A stretch of 64,000 nucleotides of DNA from an uncultured Gemmatimonadales bacterium (GTDB lineage Bacteria > Gemmatimonadota > Gemmatimonadetes > Longimicrobiales > RSA9): positions 384,001 to 448,000 of the forward strand of contig CAVUKA010000003.1 in assembly GCA_963741945.1 (NCBI GenBank), read 5' to 3'. Positions 50,067 to 60,355 of this stretch are shown in pieces. Made by a program: the position numbers and the translations under genes. Each line of letters opens with the position of its first letter. Within the stretch, counting starts at the first letter, position 1. Below the pieces are notes generated by a model. The model was not told the origin of the DNA. It worked only from the letters and a program-made list of their open reading frames with translations, and did no database searches.

Positions 50067-51395
50067 TCAGGGCCCTGGCTGATCGATTCCCACGAGCGAC
50101 GGCACGGGGATGTCGATCAGGGGGACGCCAGCCGATGCGGCCGTCTCCACCACCCGGGCGACCGGCCGCCCGTCCACCTCCAGCCGTTCCACGCCACCCG
50201 TCCGCCCCGGACGTTTCGCGAGGACGCGGCGGTAGTCGGCGGCGAAGCGGTCGGCGGAAGCGACGTCGTCCCAGACGGAGTACCACACCAGCGCCTGGGC
50301 GCCGGCGGGCCCGTCCAGAAGCGCGTACCGGTCGCCGTCCCAGCCGCGGGCGAACCCGGCCGACCGTGCGGTTCCGGCCCCGCGGGCAGTGATGGCGCTG
50401 TCGGCGTGCTCGCCGAGGTACTCCGAGAGGATGACGGAGGTCTCCATCTCGCCGAACGTGTTGGTGTAGGCCACCCGCCAGCCATCGGCCGCGGCTCCGA
50501 GCGTGAGCTCCGAGGGTGGGTCGCGCGTGTCGAGGAACCGGTCCAAGGGGCGCATGACCTGCTCGGTGGACTGGGGGAGGAGGTCGCGGAACGGGATGGG
50601 GATGGCGTCGCCCTGGCGGTGGCGGAAGAGCGCCTGTACGAAGACGGCGCCGCCCAGGTAGGGGAAGAGGAGCGTCTCCTTGATGATGCGGGGAGCGCGC
50701 TGGAAGACGGGGAACTGGTCGTTCTGCGACTCGAGGGCGGGTCCCATCACGTCGCGCATGTCGGGGAGGTCCCCCGGGTCGGCGGGCTTGCCGGTGAGCT
50801 CGGCGGTCTGGATGGCCACCATGACCAGCGTCGCCTGCCCCTCGGCCGCGGCCTGCGCCGCCATCTGGCGGTCGTTGCCGCGGTCCGGCGCCACGAGCGA
50901 GTCGAGGTCGGTGTACTGGTCCTGGAGAGCGTGGACCAGCTCGTGGGCGACGACGGGCGCCGCGGAGTCCGCGGGCACCCCCTCCAGGACGTACAGCCGA
51001 TCCGTTTTCGGGTCGTAGTAGCCGATCACCTGTTCGGTGTACAGCGCCAGGAGCGTCTCCCGCAGGTCCAGCGTGTCGGGGATCAGCCCGAGCGCCCTGT
51101 ACACCCGCTCCGTGCCGTGCAGCACTTCCGGCCCGAGCTCCTCGTCGAGCTGCGCATCGATGAAAACGCGCGCGTCCGCCCGCGACTGGAGCCGGTAGGC
51201 CACGGGATGTCGCACGGGCAGTCCGCTGGTGCGCGAGATGACGGGGACCAGCGAATCGATCATCACGGCGAGGCCCGCGGAGTCGAGCGGGACCCGCGCG
51301 CCCCGGCGTGCGCCGCCGCCCCGGGCATCGCACGCGGCGGCGGCCGCGACCGCGAGCGTCATCACCAGGACTGCCGTCCTAGGGCGCATCCGCAT
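50067..51395 (-). CDS. Putative lipoprotein zinc metallopeptidase (HExxH)
   Basis: Lipoprotein-like signal (AAAAC); GYYDP, AHELVHALQDQ, EGQAT, FPY and PQSTEQ motifs. Confidence 0.7.
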   Translation of the reverse strand: MRMRPRTAVLVMTLAVAAAAACDARGGGARRGARVPLDSAGLAVMIDSLVPVISRTSGLPVRHPVAYRLQSRADARVFIDAQLDEELGPEVLHGTERVYRALGLIPDTLDLRETLLALYTEQVIGYYDPKTDRLYVLEGVPADSAAPVVAHELVHALQDQYTDLDSLVAPDRGNDRQMAAQAAAEGQATLVMVAIQTAELTGKPADPGDLPDMRDVMGPALESQNDQFPVFQRAPRIIKETLLFPYLGGAVFVQALFRHRQGDAIPIPFRDLLPQSTEQVMRPLDRFLDTRDPPSELTLGAAADGWRVAYTNTFGEMETSVILSEYLGEHADSAITARGAGTARSAGFARGWDGDRYALLDGPAGAQALVWYSVWDDVASADRFAADYRRVLAKRPGRTGGVERLEVDGRPVARVVETAASAGVPLIDIPVPSLVGIDQPGP

Positions 51396-51927
51396 CTTCC
51401 TCCTCCGACGGCAGCCGTGTGTCCCCCTGGAGCAGCGTCCCGCCGGAGGCGACCGCGCGCATCCCTGGCGCTGGCACCGCCGCCTCCGCCTCCGCCAGGG
51501 GCCGTCCGGTGGTGGGATCGACAAGGTCGGGATCCAGCTCCAGGAGCGGGACGAGGACGAACGCCCGCTCGCGCATGCGTGGGTGCGGTATGGTGAGCCC
51601 GGGGCGGTCGATCCGCCGGTCGTCGTAGAGAAGGATGTCCACGTCCAGCGTGCGGGGCCCGTTGCGGACGGTGCGCTCACGCCCGCGCTCACGTTCCAGG
51701 CGACGCCCGAGCGCCAGCAGGTCTTCCGGCTCCAGCGATGTCTCCAGCCGCACGACCATGTTCAGGAATCGGGGCTGATCGGTGTAGCCGACCGGCTCGG
51801 TCTCGTAGACGGTGGACACGCCCGTGAGCGCGACGGCGGGCTCGCGGGCGAGAGCGTGGAGCGCGTGGCGCAGGTGCCGCGCGCGCGCGCCGACATTCGT
51901 CCCGAGGCCGAGCCAGGCAGTGGCCAC
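51379..51927 (-). CDS. folK: 6-hydroxymethyl-7,8-dihydropterin pyrophosphokinase
   Basis: LGLGTNVG, YETEP, FLN, GPRTLDVDIL and PHPRMRERAFVL motifs. Confidence 0.95.
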   Translation of the reverse strand: MATAWLGLGTNVGARARHLRHALHALAREPAVALTGVSTVYETEPVGYTDQPRFLNMVVRLETSLEPEDLLALGRRLERERGRERTVRNGPRTLDVDILLYDDRRIDRPGLTIPHPRMRERAFVLVPLLELDPDLVDPTTGRPLAEAEAAVPAPGMRAVASGGTLLQGDTRLPSEEEDADAP

Positions 51928-51937
51928 GCCGCTCGCG

Positions 51938-52339
51938 TCAGCTCCGGCCGTAGCGGTCCTGGAGCCGGACCACGTCGTCGAGCTCCGGCGTGGAAGCTTC
52001 CAGGATGTCCACGTCCGTGAGGGCCGTCATCCGGTGAACGGTGCCGGGCGTGACGTGGTAGCTCGCGCCCTCCTCCAGCGGCACCTCCTCCAGCTCTTCC
52101 AGCGACGGGCCCGCCTCGAACTTCATCCGCCCGCTCAGCAGGTGGATGGTCTCGTCCTTCCGCTCGTGGTACTGCAGCGAGAGCGCGTGACCGGCCTTCA
52201 CGTGCAGGATCTTCCCCACGTACCGGGCGGTGTGCGCCCAGATCAGCTCGTGGCCCCACGGCTTGTCCACGCGAACCGGCTGCGTCAGTCCGGCATCGCC
52301 TGTCCCGCTCGCCACTCCCTGCTCCGCTGGCCCGCTCAT
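51938..52339 (-). CDS. Cupin domain protein (mannose-6-phosphate isomerase type II C-terminal-like)
   Basis: KPWG, LSLQYH..KDE, HRM and DDVVRLQDRYGR motifs. Confidence 0.85.
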   Translation of the reverse strand: MSGPAEQGVASGTGDAGLTQPVRVDKPWGHELIWAHTARYVGKILHVKAGHALSLQYHERKDETIHLLSGRMKFEAGPSLEELEEVPLEEGASYHVTPGTVHRMTALTDVDILEASTPELDDVVRLQDRYGRS

Positions 52340-53580
52340 GCGACGAATCTCACGCGCGCGAACTTCCGCTTCCCCCGCCGGAATACCCGCTCGTCCCCTT
52401 CGCCCGCGTCCACCATCGCGTTCCGATCCTCCACCACGTCTCCGTCCACGGCCACTGCGCCCTGCTCGAGGAGTCGCACCGCTTCACTGTTCGACGACGC
52501 CAGCCCGGCCACCACGAGGACGCCGACCACCCAGACCTGCCCGGCTTCGTGGCGAACCCGCTCGTCGCCGAGCCGGACGGCGATCTCCGGCATCTCGTCC
52601 GGGTCCTCCTTCTTGCGGAAGACCTGGTCGAAGTGCGCCTCGCCCGCTTTCGCACCCTTCTCGCCGTGGTACTCCGTCGTGATCAGCTTCGCGAGCGCCC
52701 GCTTCGCCTCGTACGGCTGCTCCGCGGCGCCGGCGAGCGCAGTCTCGAGCGCGTCGCCGGTGAGGCCGCTGGCCAGGTGGTACCACTCCTCCAGCAGCGT
52801 GTCCGGGATCGACATGGTCTTCCCGTACATCTCCTCCGGCGGCTCCGCAAGCCCGATGTAGTTGTCGTAGCTTTTCGACATCTTCTGCTCGCCGTCCGTG
52901 CCCCGGAGCAGCGGCATGATGAGGCAGACCTGCGGCTCCTGGCCGTAGCGCTCCTGGATGGTCCTCGCCACAAGCAGGTTGAACTTCTGGTCGCTCCCGC
53001 CCAGCTCCACGTCCGCGCCCAGCGCCACGGAGTCGTACGCCTGCATGAGCGGGTACATGAGCTCCATCATGGAAATGGGGCGGTTCTCCTTCATCCGCTT
53101 GTCGAAGTCGTCCCGCTCCAGCATGCGCGCCACGGTATACGACGCCGTCAGCTTCAGGATGTCGGCCAGGTTCAGCGGCGCCAGCCACTTCGAGTTCGGC
53201 TCCACCCGCACCCGGTCCACGTCCAGGATGCGGCCCACCTGCTCCGCGTACGTGGCCGCATTCGCATCGATCTCCTCCGGCGACAGCGCCGGGCGCGTCT
53301 CACTCCGCCCGCTCGGGTCCCCCACCCGGGCCGTGTAGTCCCCCACCACGAACACCACGCTGTGCCCCAGCTCCTGGAAGGTGCGGAGCTTCCGCATGCT
53401 CACCGCGTGCCCGATGTGCAGGTCCGGGCGCGTCGGGTCGAAGCCCTGCTTGATGATGAGGGGCGTCCCCTGCGCCAGGCTCCGCTCCAGCTTCCGCGCC
53501 AGCTCGTCCTCGGGGATGATCTCCAGCGCGTCGCGCCGGATCGCGTCCATCTGCTCGTTCACAGGTGGGAACTTCGCCAC
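52336..53580 (-). CDS. tyrS: Tyrosine--tRNA ligase
   Basis: GFDPT, HIGH, YPLMQAYD, GGSDQ, KMSKS motifs; C-terminal S4 domain ending RGKRK. Confidence 0.97.
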   Translation of the reverse strand: MAKFPPVNEQMDAIRRDALEIIPEDELARKLERSLAQGTPLIIKQGFDPTRPDLHIGHAVSMRKLRTFQELGHSVVFVVGDYTARVGDPSGRSETRPALSPEEIDANAATYAEQVGRILDVDRVRVEPNSKWLAPLNLADILKLTASYTVARMLERDDFDKRMKENRPISMMELMYPLMQAYDSVALGADVELGGSDQKFNLLVARTIQERYGQEPQVCLIMPLLRGTDGEQKMSKSYDNYIGLAEPPEEMYGKTMSIPDTLLEEWYHLASGLTGDALETALAGAAEQPYEAKRALAKLITTEYHGEKGAKAGEAHFDQVFRKKEDPDEMPEIAVRLGDERVRHEAGQVWVVGVLVVAGLASSNSEAVRLLEQGAVAVDGDVVEDRNAMVDAGEGDERVFRRGKRKFARVRFVA

Positions 53581-53741
53581 GTCTCGTCCCTTCGATGCGG
53601 CCCGGGCCGCGTCCACTGCCATTGCTCGACCAGCGCGGTCACGCGCGCGGGTGTCTGTGAACCTGGGAAGGTGTCGGGAGCGTGAGGCGAGTGTCAAGCC
53701 GGTCGAGGAAGGTGCGAAGGGGGCGAAGGGCACGGCCAACA

Positions 53742-53956
53742 GCGTGACACGAAGAGCACGACGGGTCGAAGCAACGAAGGAATGCGGGGGGAGCGGGTGC
53801 CGGGGCTTCGCAAGCCGCGCGGACCCGGCAGCGCGTCGGGGGGGAACCTGAATGGATTGCCCCGCGCGTTTCCGGGCGTCGAGGCATCCCCGCCTGGAAT
53901 GCCTCACCGGCGCCGTTCTTCGTGCCCTTCGACCCTTCGAGCCCTTCGTGTCACGC
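53742..53956. repeat. Imperfect inverted-repeat element built of ~9-nt CGAAG units (REP/MITE-like)
   Basis: Left GCGTGACACGAAGAGCACGACGGGTCGAAG vs reverse complement of right arm GCGTGACACGAAGGGCTCGAAGGGTCGAAG (27/30 identical). Confidence 0.75.
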
Positions 53957-54106
53957 CGTTGTGCGGAGGCCGCGACCAGCCCACCCGCAATGGCGGCGCC
54001 GGGATGCCGACGCCCGGGACACTCCGTGAGCCGTGCCACGCCACGGCCCGCGATGTATCTTGCCCACGTGAGCCGCACCGTTTCCACGCCCAACCGAAGG
54101 AGGCGT

Positions 54107-54637
54107 ATGGCTCGCCAGCAGAGTCGTGCCTCGGCCCCGTCCGACGCGGAGCTGCGCGCGCAGCTCGGCCCCGCCCACACGGCCTACCGCGCGCTCCTGG
54201 GCGCACACCCGGAGCTGAAGCCCGAGTGGAAGTGGTACGGGCAGAAGAACGGCTGGAGCCTCAAGCTCCTGGACGGGAAACGGAACCTCTGCTTCATCGG
54301 CCCGCACGACGGCTACTTCAACGCCGGCTTCGTCTTCGGCCACGACGCCACCAACCGAGCGCTGGAGAGCGAGGCGCTCCCGGCCGACGTCAAGCGCCTC
54401 ATTGCCGACGCGCCCACGCTCCCGGAAGGCCGCGGGTTCCGGCTGGAGGTGCGCGACGACTCCCTCCTCCCCGCCATCTCGCTCCTGCTGGAGATCAAGC
54501 GCGGCCCCAAGTCCGCCGCCGCGGCGCACGAGCGCGCGGCCCACGCCCACACCGCCCGGGAGGCCGCGGTGCCGAAGCCGCCGCCGGCGCCCCGGAAGGA
54601 GCTGCGGATGCGGTCGCACCGGAGAGGACGGGGCTAG
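54107..54637 (+). CDS. DUF3788-like protein
   Basis: RBS AGGAGG; EWKWYG.K.GWSLK...KRNLCFI.P..GYF...FVFG...EGRG. Confidence 0.75.
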   Translation: MARQQSRASAPSDAELRAQLGPAHTAYRALLGAHPELKPEWKWYGQKNGWSLKLLDGKRNLCFIGPHDGYFNAGFVFGHDATNRALESEALPADVKRLIADAPTLPEGRGFRLEVRDDSLLPAISLLLEIKRGPKSAAAAHERAAHAHTAREAAVPKPPPAPRKELRMRSHRRGRG

Positions 54638-54754
54638 CGGGGCCGGCCCGTCGGGCGGAGCCGGGCAGCGTCCGGACGTTGGTCCCTCAGGACGTGCGCC
54701 TCGACACCGCGTGAGCAGGCGCGGCCGAGGGGAGCAGGCGCTCGAGCCTCCGCT

Positions 54755-56133
54755 CCAGCGCGGCACCGGCAGACCGCTGGGCACTCGCTCGGGGATGAGG
54801 TGGGTGAGGTTTCTGGCGGCGGGGTCCGTGAGGGCGAGCAGGTAGGCGGTGAGCGCGTCCACGATCTCGGGCGCGAGCACCACGCCGTCAATGATCGGGT
54901 CTCTCGTGGCGAGAATGGCCGTGGCGTTGTCCACGACGGTTCCCTGCAGGGCCGGCTCGAGCCGTGAAGCGTCGAACGTGCGCAGCTTCCTTTCCGACTC
55001 GCTGTAGTGGTCGATGAAGTCGTGCAAGCTGAAGAACTGACCGGCGTGGCCATAGGGGCCCGTCAGCTCCACATTTCGGAGCGGTGTGGTGCGGAACGCG
55101 TACCGGTCGGCCGGGCTCCCGCTGACACGTTCACGACCGAAGTCGTCATTGCCCGCGGGTCCATCGCCGGCGCCCGGTCCGAACTGCGCGAGGGCGACGT
55201 TGTGGAAGGCGCCATCCGAGAACGCGGGTCCGGTGTGGCATTCGGAGCACCGGATCTCCATGAAGATCCGGGCGCCCTCGAGCTGTGCCGGGTCGAGGGC
55301 GTCGTCGTCGCCGGCGAGGAAGCGGTCCCACGGCGAGTGGTTGAAGGAGAGCTCTGCGGCCATGAAGCCGGCCATGGCGTTGGTGGCGTGGGCGAACGTC
55401 ATCCGCTCGAAAGGCGTTCCCGGGTAGGCACTTTCAAAGAGCTGCCGATACTCCGCCACGTCGCCGAGCCTGCGCATGATGGCGCGCCAGATCCGCGCGG
55501 GTTGGCCGTCCGGGATCGCCGCCAGCTCATTGCCCGACGCGCCGCGCATCTCGGCCCGGGAAAGAACGGGGAGCAATCCCACGGCGGACAGCGCTCCGAA
55601 CTCGAAGACGCGCGCCATGTCGTCCGTGACCCGGACGCCATGGACGTACGGAAACGCCCCTTCGCGTCGGCCGCGATCTTCCCGTCCCAGAAGAAGGAGC
55701 GCATGGCGTACAGGTTGAAGAGCGGCGGCGCGTTGCGCGGGATGAAGTGACCGCCGGGGTGGGAGCGCGCCGGGCCCAGACCCGTGCCCCCCTGGCCAAT
55801 CGGGAGACGCCGCGCATCGCCCATGGCGAAGCGCGGCGCGTGGCAGGTCATGCACGCGATGTCGCGGTTGCCACTCAGGAGCGGATCGAACATGAGGACT
55901 CGACCGAGCTCCACCAGCGCCGGACGCACGGCGGGTGGCGGTGGCAGCGGGCTTATCCCTCGGCCTGCCGCGAGAGCGCGCACCTGGTCCGCCGCGTCGC
56001 TCGACGTGATCTCGGTGGAAGCCCGCTCCGGACCGACCGGGTCGGTGGAAACGCCGTCGCCGCAGCCTCCGACGATCGTGGCCGTCACCACCGCGATCGT
56101 GCCAACGAGGGTGGTCAGGTGGGATTTCGGCAT
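54755..56133 (-). pseudogene. Diheme cytochrome c peroxidase/MauG family lipoprotein; frameshift near 55645 and apparently corrupted stop near 54755
   Basis: ORF 55399-56178: lipoprotein-like signal (VGGC), LGRVLMFDPLLSG, CMTCH, RNAP, FFWDG. ORF 53951-55855 continues with CSECH, FRTTPLRNV..TGPYGH and YLLALTD. Confidence 0.85.
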
Positions 56134-56200
56134 CGCATGTGCTCCGATGGCGTGGGACGACGGAGGCCCGCCCTGCACGGGCCTCCGCCGATCTTCCGGA

Positions 56201-56841
56201 TCACTCCGCGGGCGTGCAGAGGTTGGTCGTGGGACTGATCTGGCACCCGCACAGCGGCACGTCCGGGTTGAAGTTGTCGAACATGCCGTCCGGGTTGTGC
56301 ATCCACGCCCAGATGTGCGCGACCCAGCCGCCGTGCGCGTCGCTCCAGGTCAGCTCCTTACCGATCCCCTCGATCGTGGGCGGGTGACCGGGATAGCCGG
56401 CTGCCGTCGGGGCAGGATAGAAGTCGCCGGGAATGAAGTAGTCGAAAGCGGCCATCCGCATCCCCCAACTGGTCATCCAGGGACGACGATCCGCCCATCC
56501 GGCCCCACCAGCGAGGTATGGTCGTCCAGCAGGAGATCCATATTGGCGGTGTGGTAGCCCATGCCGCGCGCCTGCGAAGCGGAGACCGCCTCGGTGCGCT
56601 CGTCGGAGCACCCCACATCCGCCGTGTAGCCGTCGGCCTCAGCCATTGCGCGATTGTGCCAGCTCGCCGACCGCGCACGCAGCGCCGCGAGGGCCTGGTT
56701 GTCCTGAGCCGGAGACAGCTTGACGGGAGCGCTAGTGACATCGGTGAGGCGCTCCCGACGGGCCCGAGCGCCCCGGGCGGCGGCCACCGCGAGCGCTGCG
56801 AATGCGGCGGCCAGGTGTCGAGCGTGTCCAGACGAAGTCAT
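56201..56841 (-). pseudogene. Exported hypothetical protein (GMGYH...HIWAW.HNP.GMF..FNP.V type), frameshifted near 56480
   Basis: ORF 56473-56853 (signal-like N-terminus, GMGYH) and ORF 56201-56611 (FDYFIP...HIWAWMHNPDGMFDNFNPDV) read as two halves of one protein; RBS GGAGG. Confidence 0.65.
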
Positions 56842-57042
56842 GTAGCCCTCCATGTGAGTGGTTCGGTGATGCGGACGGACGGGATCGTCGTTGCTCCGCC
56901 CGAAGGCCGCGGCTACATTGCGCTCGAGCCCTCAACTCCAGGTCAGCGGTCGCTCAACGGCGGTTGATTCCGCGGCTGATCCTCGCCATTCACAACCCGG
57001 TGTACCGCGGCTTCGGCCGGATCCCAGGACATGGCTCGTGGC

Positions 57043-59412
57043 ATGATCTCCCTCAGGCTCTTCGGCGGCGCATCGCTCGAGCGTGACGGTGAGGTGCTGA
57101 GCGGCCCGCCCACCCAGCGCCACCGTCTGGCGCTGCTGGCCCTCCTGTGCATCTCGCACCCGCGCCCGCTGAGCCGCGACAAGCTGATGGGCTACCTCGG
57201 CCGGCGCGTACGCCGTGCGCCCACGGCATGGCTGCTTCACCAGGAACGAGCGCACCGTGTCGCGGAAAACGGTCGGTGATAACGCGATCCTCTCGGTGGG
57301 TGAAGAGCTGCGGCTCGGATCTCCGTCTCTCGAGTGCGACGTTCTCACCTTCGAGGATGCGCTCGATGCGGGCGATCGGACTCGGGCCACGACCCTCTAC
57401 ACCGGCGCCCTGATGGACGGCTTCTTCCTGGCGACACACTCGAACGAGACCTGGCCGACCACGAGCCGGAGCGCCTGACCGTCGGCAGTGGCCGGAGTCC
57501 GCGACGCTGGCCGGGGCGGCCACTGCCGGGGATGCGGAGGCCGCCGGAGAATACTGGCGCCGCCTGCTCGTCGACGATCCGTACGAGGCCGGGGTGACCG
57601 TCGGGCTCATGCGAGCCCTGGAGATGCTGGGCGATCGGGCCGGCGCCATCCGTCAGGCACGCCTGCACGAAGTGCTCATCGAGGAGGAGTTCGGCGCGGA
57701 GCCCGACGCGGCGGTGCGCGCGTTGGCGGCGCGCATCCGCGCCGGCGAGGACGACACCGCCGTTGAGGGTGAGGGCGCCGCTGCAGGGGTTCACGTTGAC
57801 GAGGGCGAGGGCCAGGGGGGGGACGAAGGCGGGGGGATCGGCTTTGCCGACGACGGAGGTGCGGGCCATTCCGGGTCGGCTATCGCTCGGACGGGTGCCG
57901 ACCACGGCCGCGGACGCGCGAGCACGTCCGGGGCCGTGAAGCCCCGAAGTCCACGCCGGTCGTGGAAGCGCAGGGGCTGGGTGGCGGTCGCACTGCTCCT
58001 GGTCGGAATGATGGTCTGGGCGTCGACCCGCGGACGCTCCGCCAACGCCGCCGGGCTGACTCGCATCGCCGTCCTTCCTCTCGCCAACCTCACCGGTGAT
58101 CCCGGGCAGGAGTACTTCGTGGCGGGGATGCACGACGCGTTGATCTCGGAGCTGGCCAAGATCGGCACACTGGTCGTCTATTCCCGCCAGTCGGTGCTCC
58201 GCTACGCGGACAGTGACCTGCCGCTGCCGGTGATCGCGAAGGAGCTGGGCGTCGACGCCCTCGTGGAAGGGGCCGTGTTCAAGAGCGGCGACAATGTCCA
58301 CATCCAGCGCCAGATCGTCGCCCGGGCGCCTGCCGCGGCCGGTCAGGTCGCGAGAGCCGGCCCCAGCGCCCACAGGACAGCCCACGCCAGCAGCAGCGCC
58401 ACGCCGGCGCGGGACGCCCGATGTGCGGGCGCGCCTGTCGAGCACTCGTCGCGTCGGCCCCACGCCCACGAGCGCATACCGGGCAGGCTGTACCGCGGTC
58501 CCCGCGGCAACGGGCAGTCGCTGCCGGCGATCCTCACGGGCGAGCCGGACGGCGCGCCACCGGAAGCGTGAAGGCGGCCGCGATGGACTCAGCAGGCCGC
58601 GCACGCGAAGCTCCGCTGACGACCACTGGTTCTCGAGCCTCTGAGGGAAGATCCGGACGAGTACACCGGAAGACGAAAGCCGTCCAGCCCTGCGGGCCAT
58701 CGCTCTCGACAATACGGAGGCGCAAGCGTACGCCTCGCTCGGGTTCGTGCTGTTCCGCTATGAATGGGACTGGGACGGAGCGGAGCGCGCGATCCGGCGA
58801 GCGAACGACCTGGACCCGAACTCTCACCACTGGATCTACGCCCTCTACCTGTCCGCCGCCGGCCGGCACGAAGAAGCGATCGCCGAGTACCACAAGGCGG
58901 AGGAGCGGGACCCGGCTTCCGACCTGCTGAAAGCGCAGGTCGCGCGGGAGTACGGGTGCGCCGGTCACTACGACGAGGCGATCGCCGAGGCAAGGGAGCT
59001 CCACGCCCGTGTGGCCGCTGACGGCACGCCGGGCGAGGTCGGGGACACCGCCTGGCTGCTGGCCTTCACGGCGATCCAGAACACCTTCGCGGGCGCCTAC
59101 GAGCAAGCGATCGGCGACGCCCGACGGCTCGTCGCCCTCACCGACACAGCCAGCGACGGTCCCCTGCTCGCCTTCGCTCTGGCCATGGGTGGCCGGCGCG
59201 ATGAGGCACGATCGGTCATCGCGCGGCTCGACACGAGCTGGAGCCGAGGGTTCGCCGGGTGGCAACCGGAGGTTTACGCCGCGCTCGGTGACACCGATCG
59301 CGCCGTCGCCGCCGCGGCCGCGCTGGTCCGGTCGTACGGCCGCGATCTGACGGGCCTGCGCTGCTGGACCGCGTACGGTCTTCACGCGACGAAGCCCGAC
59401 CAGGCGCTGTGA
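57043..59412 (+). pseudogene. SARP/BTAD transcriptional activator + TM + TolB-like + TPR protein, multiply frameshifted
   Basis: Fragments in different frames: LRLFGG...LALLALL...SRDKL; CDVLTFE...LYTGALMDGF; WRRLLVDDPYE; LMRAL...GDRAGA; IAVLPLANL...EYFVAGMHDALI; EWDWDGAERAIRRA..LDPN. Confidence 0.8.
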
Positions 59413-59470
59413 AGCCAGCAACACGAGAGCCGCGGGCTCCGCACAGCAGGCGCCGCAACCCACCCGGACC

Positions 59471-60187
59471 CTACCACACCCCCGGCACCAGCCTCGCCGG
59501 CGTCCGCTCGGCGTAGGCGTCGTACCCCGGCAGCCCTGTCCGGAGCAGGCGGTCCTCCCGCCCGGTCCGGAGCACGATCACCGCGGCCACGACCAGTGAA
59601 GGGATCAGCGCCCACAGGGAGTCGAGGAGGAGCGGCGTCGCCACTGTGGCCAGGAACGAGGCGGCGTACGCGGGGTGCCGCACGAGGGCGTACGGGCCCC
59701 GGCTCACCACGACCTGCCCCCGATCGGCCTGGATCCTGGCCACGGCGGAGAACCACGGGTTCCCGGCCATGGCCCACGTCGCGAACGCCAGCGCCGTGGC
59801 GATCACGACGGCGGCCGCGAGCTGGACGGCCAGGAGCCCGGGGGGCGACCAGGCGAAACGGTGGTCCAGACCCGCCGTCGCCAGGACGACCACCGGCCCG
59901 AGCACCACCAGCGTGACCAGCGCCCTGTCCCCTCTCTGCACGCCCTCCACGGAAGCGTAGCGCGCGCGCTCCCGCAGCGTGTCCGGGCTGCGGAGCGCCA
60001 GCGTCACACGGCTGGCGACGGTGCCCGCCGTCATCAGTCCGACGTACAGCCACGCCATGGGCCAGCGCACCGTCCCCGCAGTGGTGAAGAGAAACGCCGG
60101 GACCAGCACTAGGAACAACGCGAAACCGACCGTGGAGCGGACCATCTGCCGCCCTGACGATGGCGTGGTCGCCGCGATCCCTTCCAT
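59471..60187 (-). CDS. Isoprenylcysteine carboxyl methyltransferase (ICMT/PEMT) family membrane protein
   Basis: NPWFS, GPYALVRHPAY, EDRLL, LPGY..Y and RLVPGVW motifs. Confidence 0.88.
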   Translation of the reverse strand: MEGIAATTPSSGRQMVRSTVGFALFLVLVPAFLFTTAGTVRWPMAWLYVGLMTAGTVASRVTLALRSPDTLRERARYASVEGVQRGDRALVTLVVLGPVVVLATAGLDHRFAWSPPGLLAVQLAAAVVIATALAFATWAMAGNPWFSAVARIQADRGQVVVSRGPYALVRHPAYAASFLATVATPLLLDSLWALIPSLVVAAVIVLRTGREDRLLRTGLPGYDAYAERTPARLVPGVW

Positions 60188-60275
60188 CAGACCCTCCGCG
60201 CTCCGGGGTTCGAGCGCTTCGCCGGTAGAGGACAAGGTAGCGGTCCGCGCCCACGCGGGTCGAGGGTGGCGGCCC

Positions 60276-60305
60276 TTGACCCCATACCGATATATCGGAT
60301 AGTAT
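60276..60305 (+). promoter_or_regulatory. Promoter of the padR-like operon with a palindromic operator
   Basis: TTGACC (60276-60281), 18-nt spacer, TAGTAT (60300-60305); perfect palindrome CCGATATATCGG at 60287-60298. Confidence 0.65.
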
Positions 60306-60355
60306 CCCGTAACCACGGCCGGAACGCGTCCGACCGTCTGCTAATGGAGGGAGCC

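Noticed and set aside
53581-53960. T-box riboswitch upstream of tyrS
   Set aside because: No T-box consensus (GGTGGNACCGCG) or U-tailed terminator on the minus strand; the structure is explained by the inverted repeat.
53951-54754. C-terminal extension of the diheme peroxidase ORF across the DUF3788-like gene
   Set aside because: Similarity ends at PSGLPVPR; the following TGGAG looks like a TGA with an inserted G, and the extension is antisense to a credible gene.
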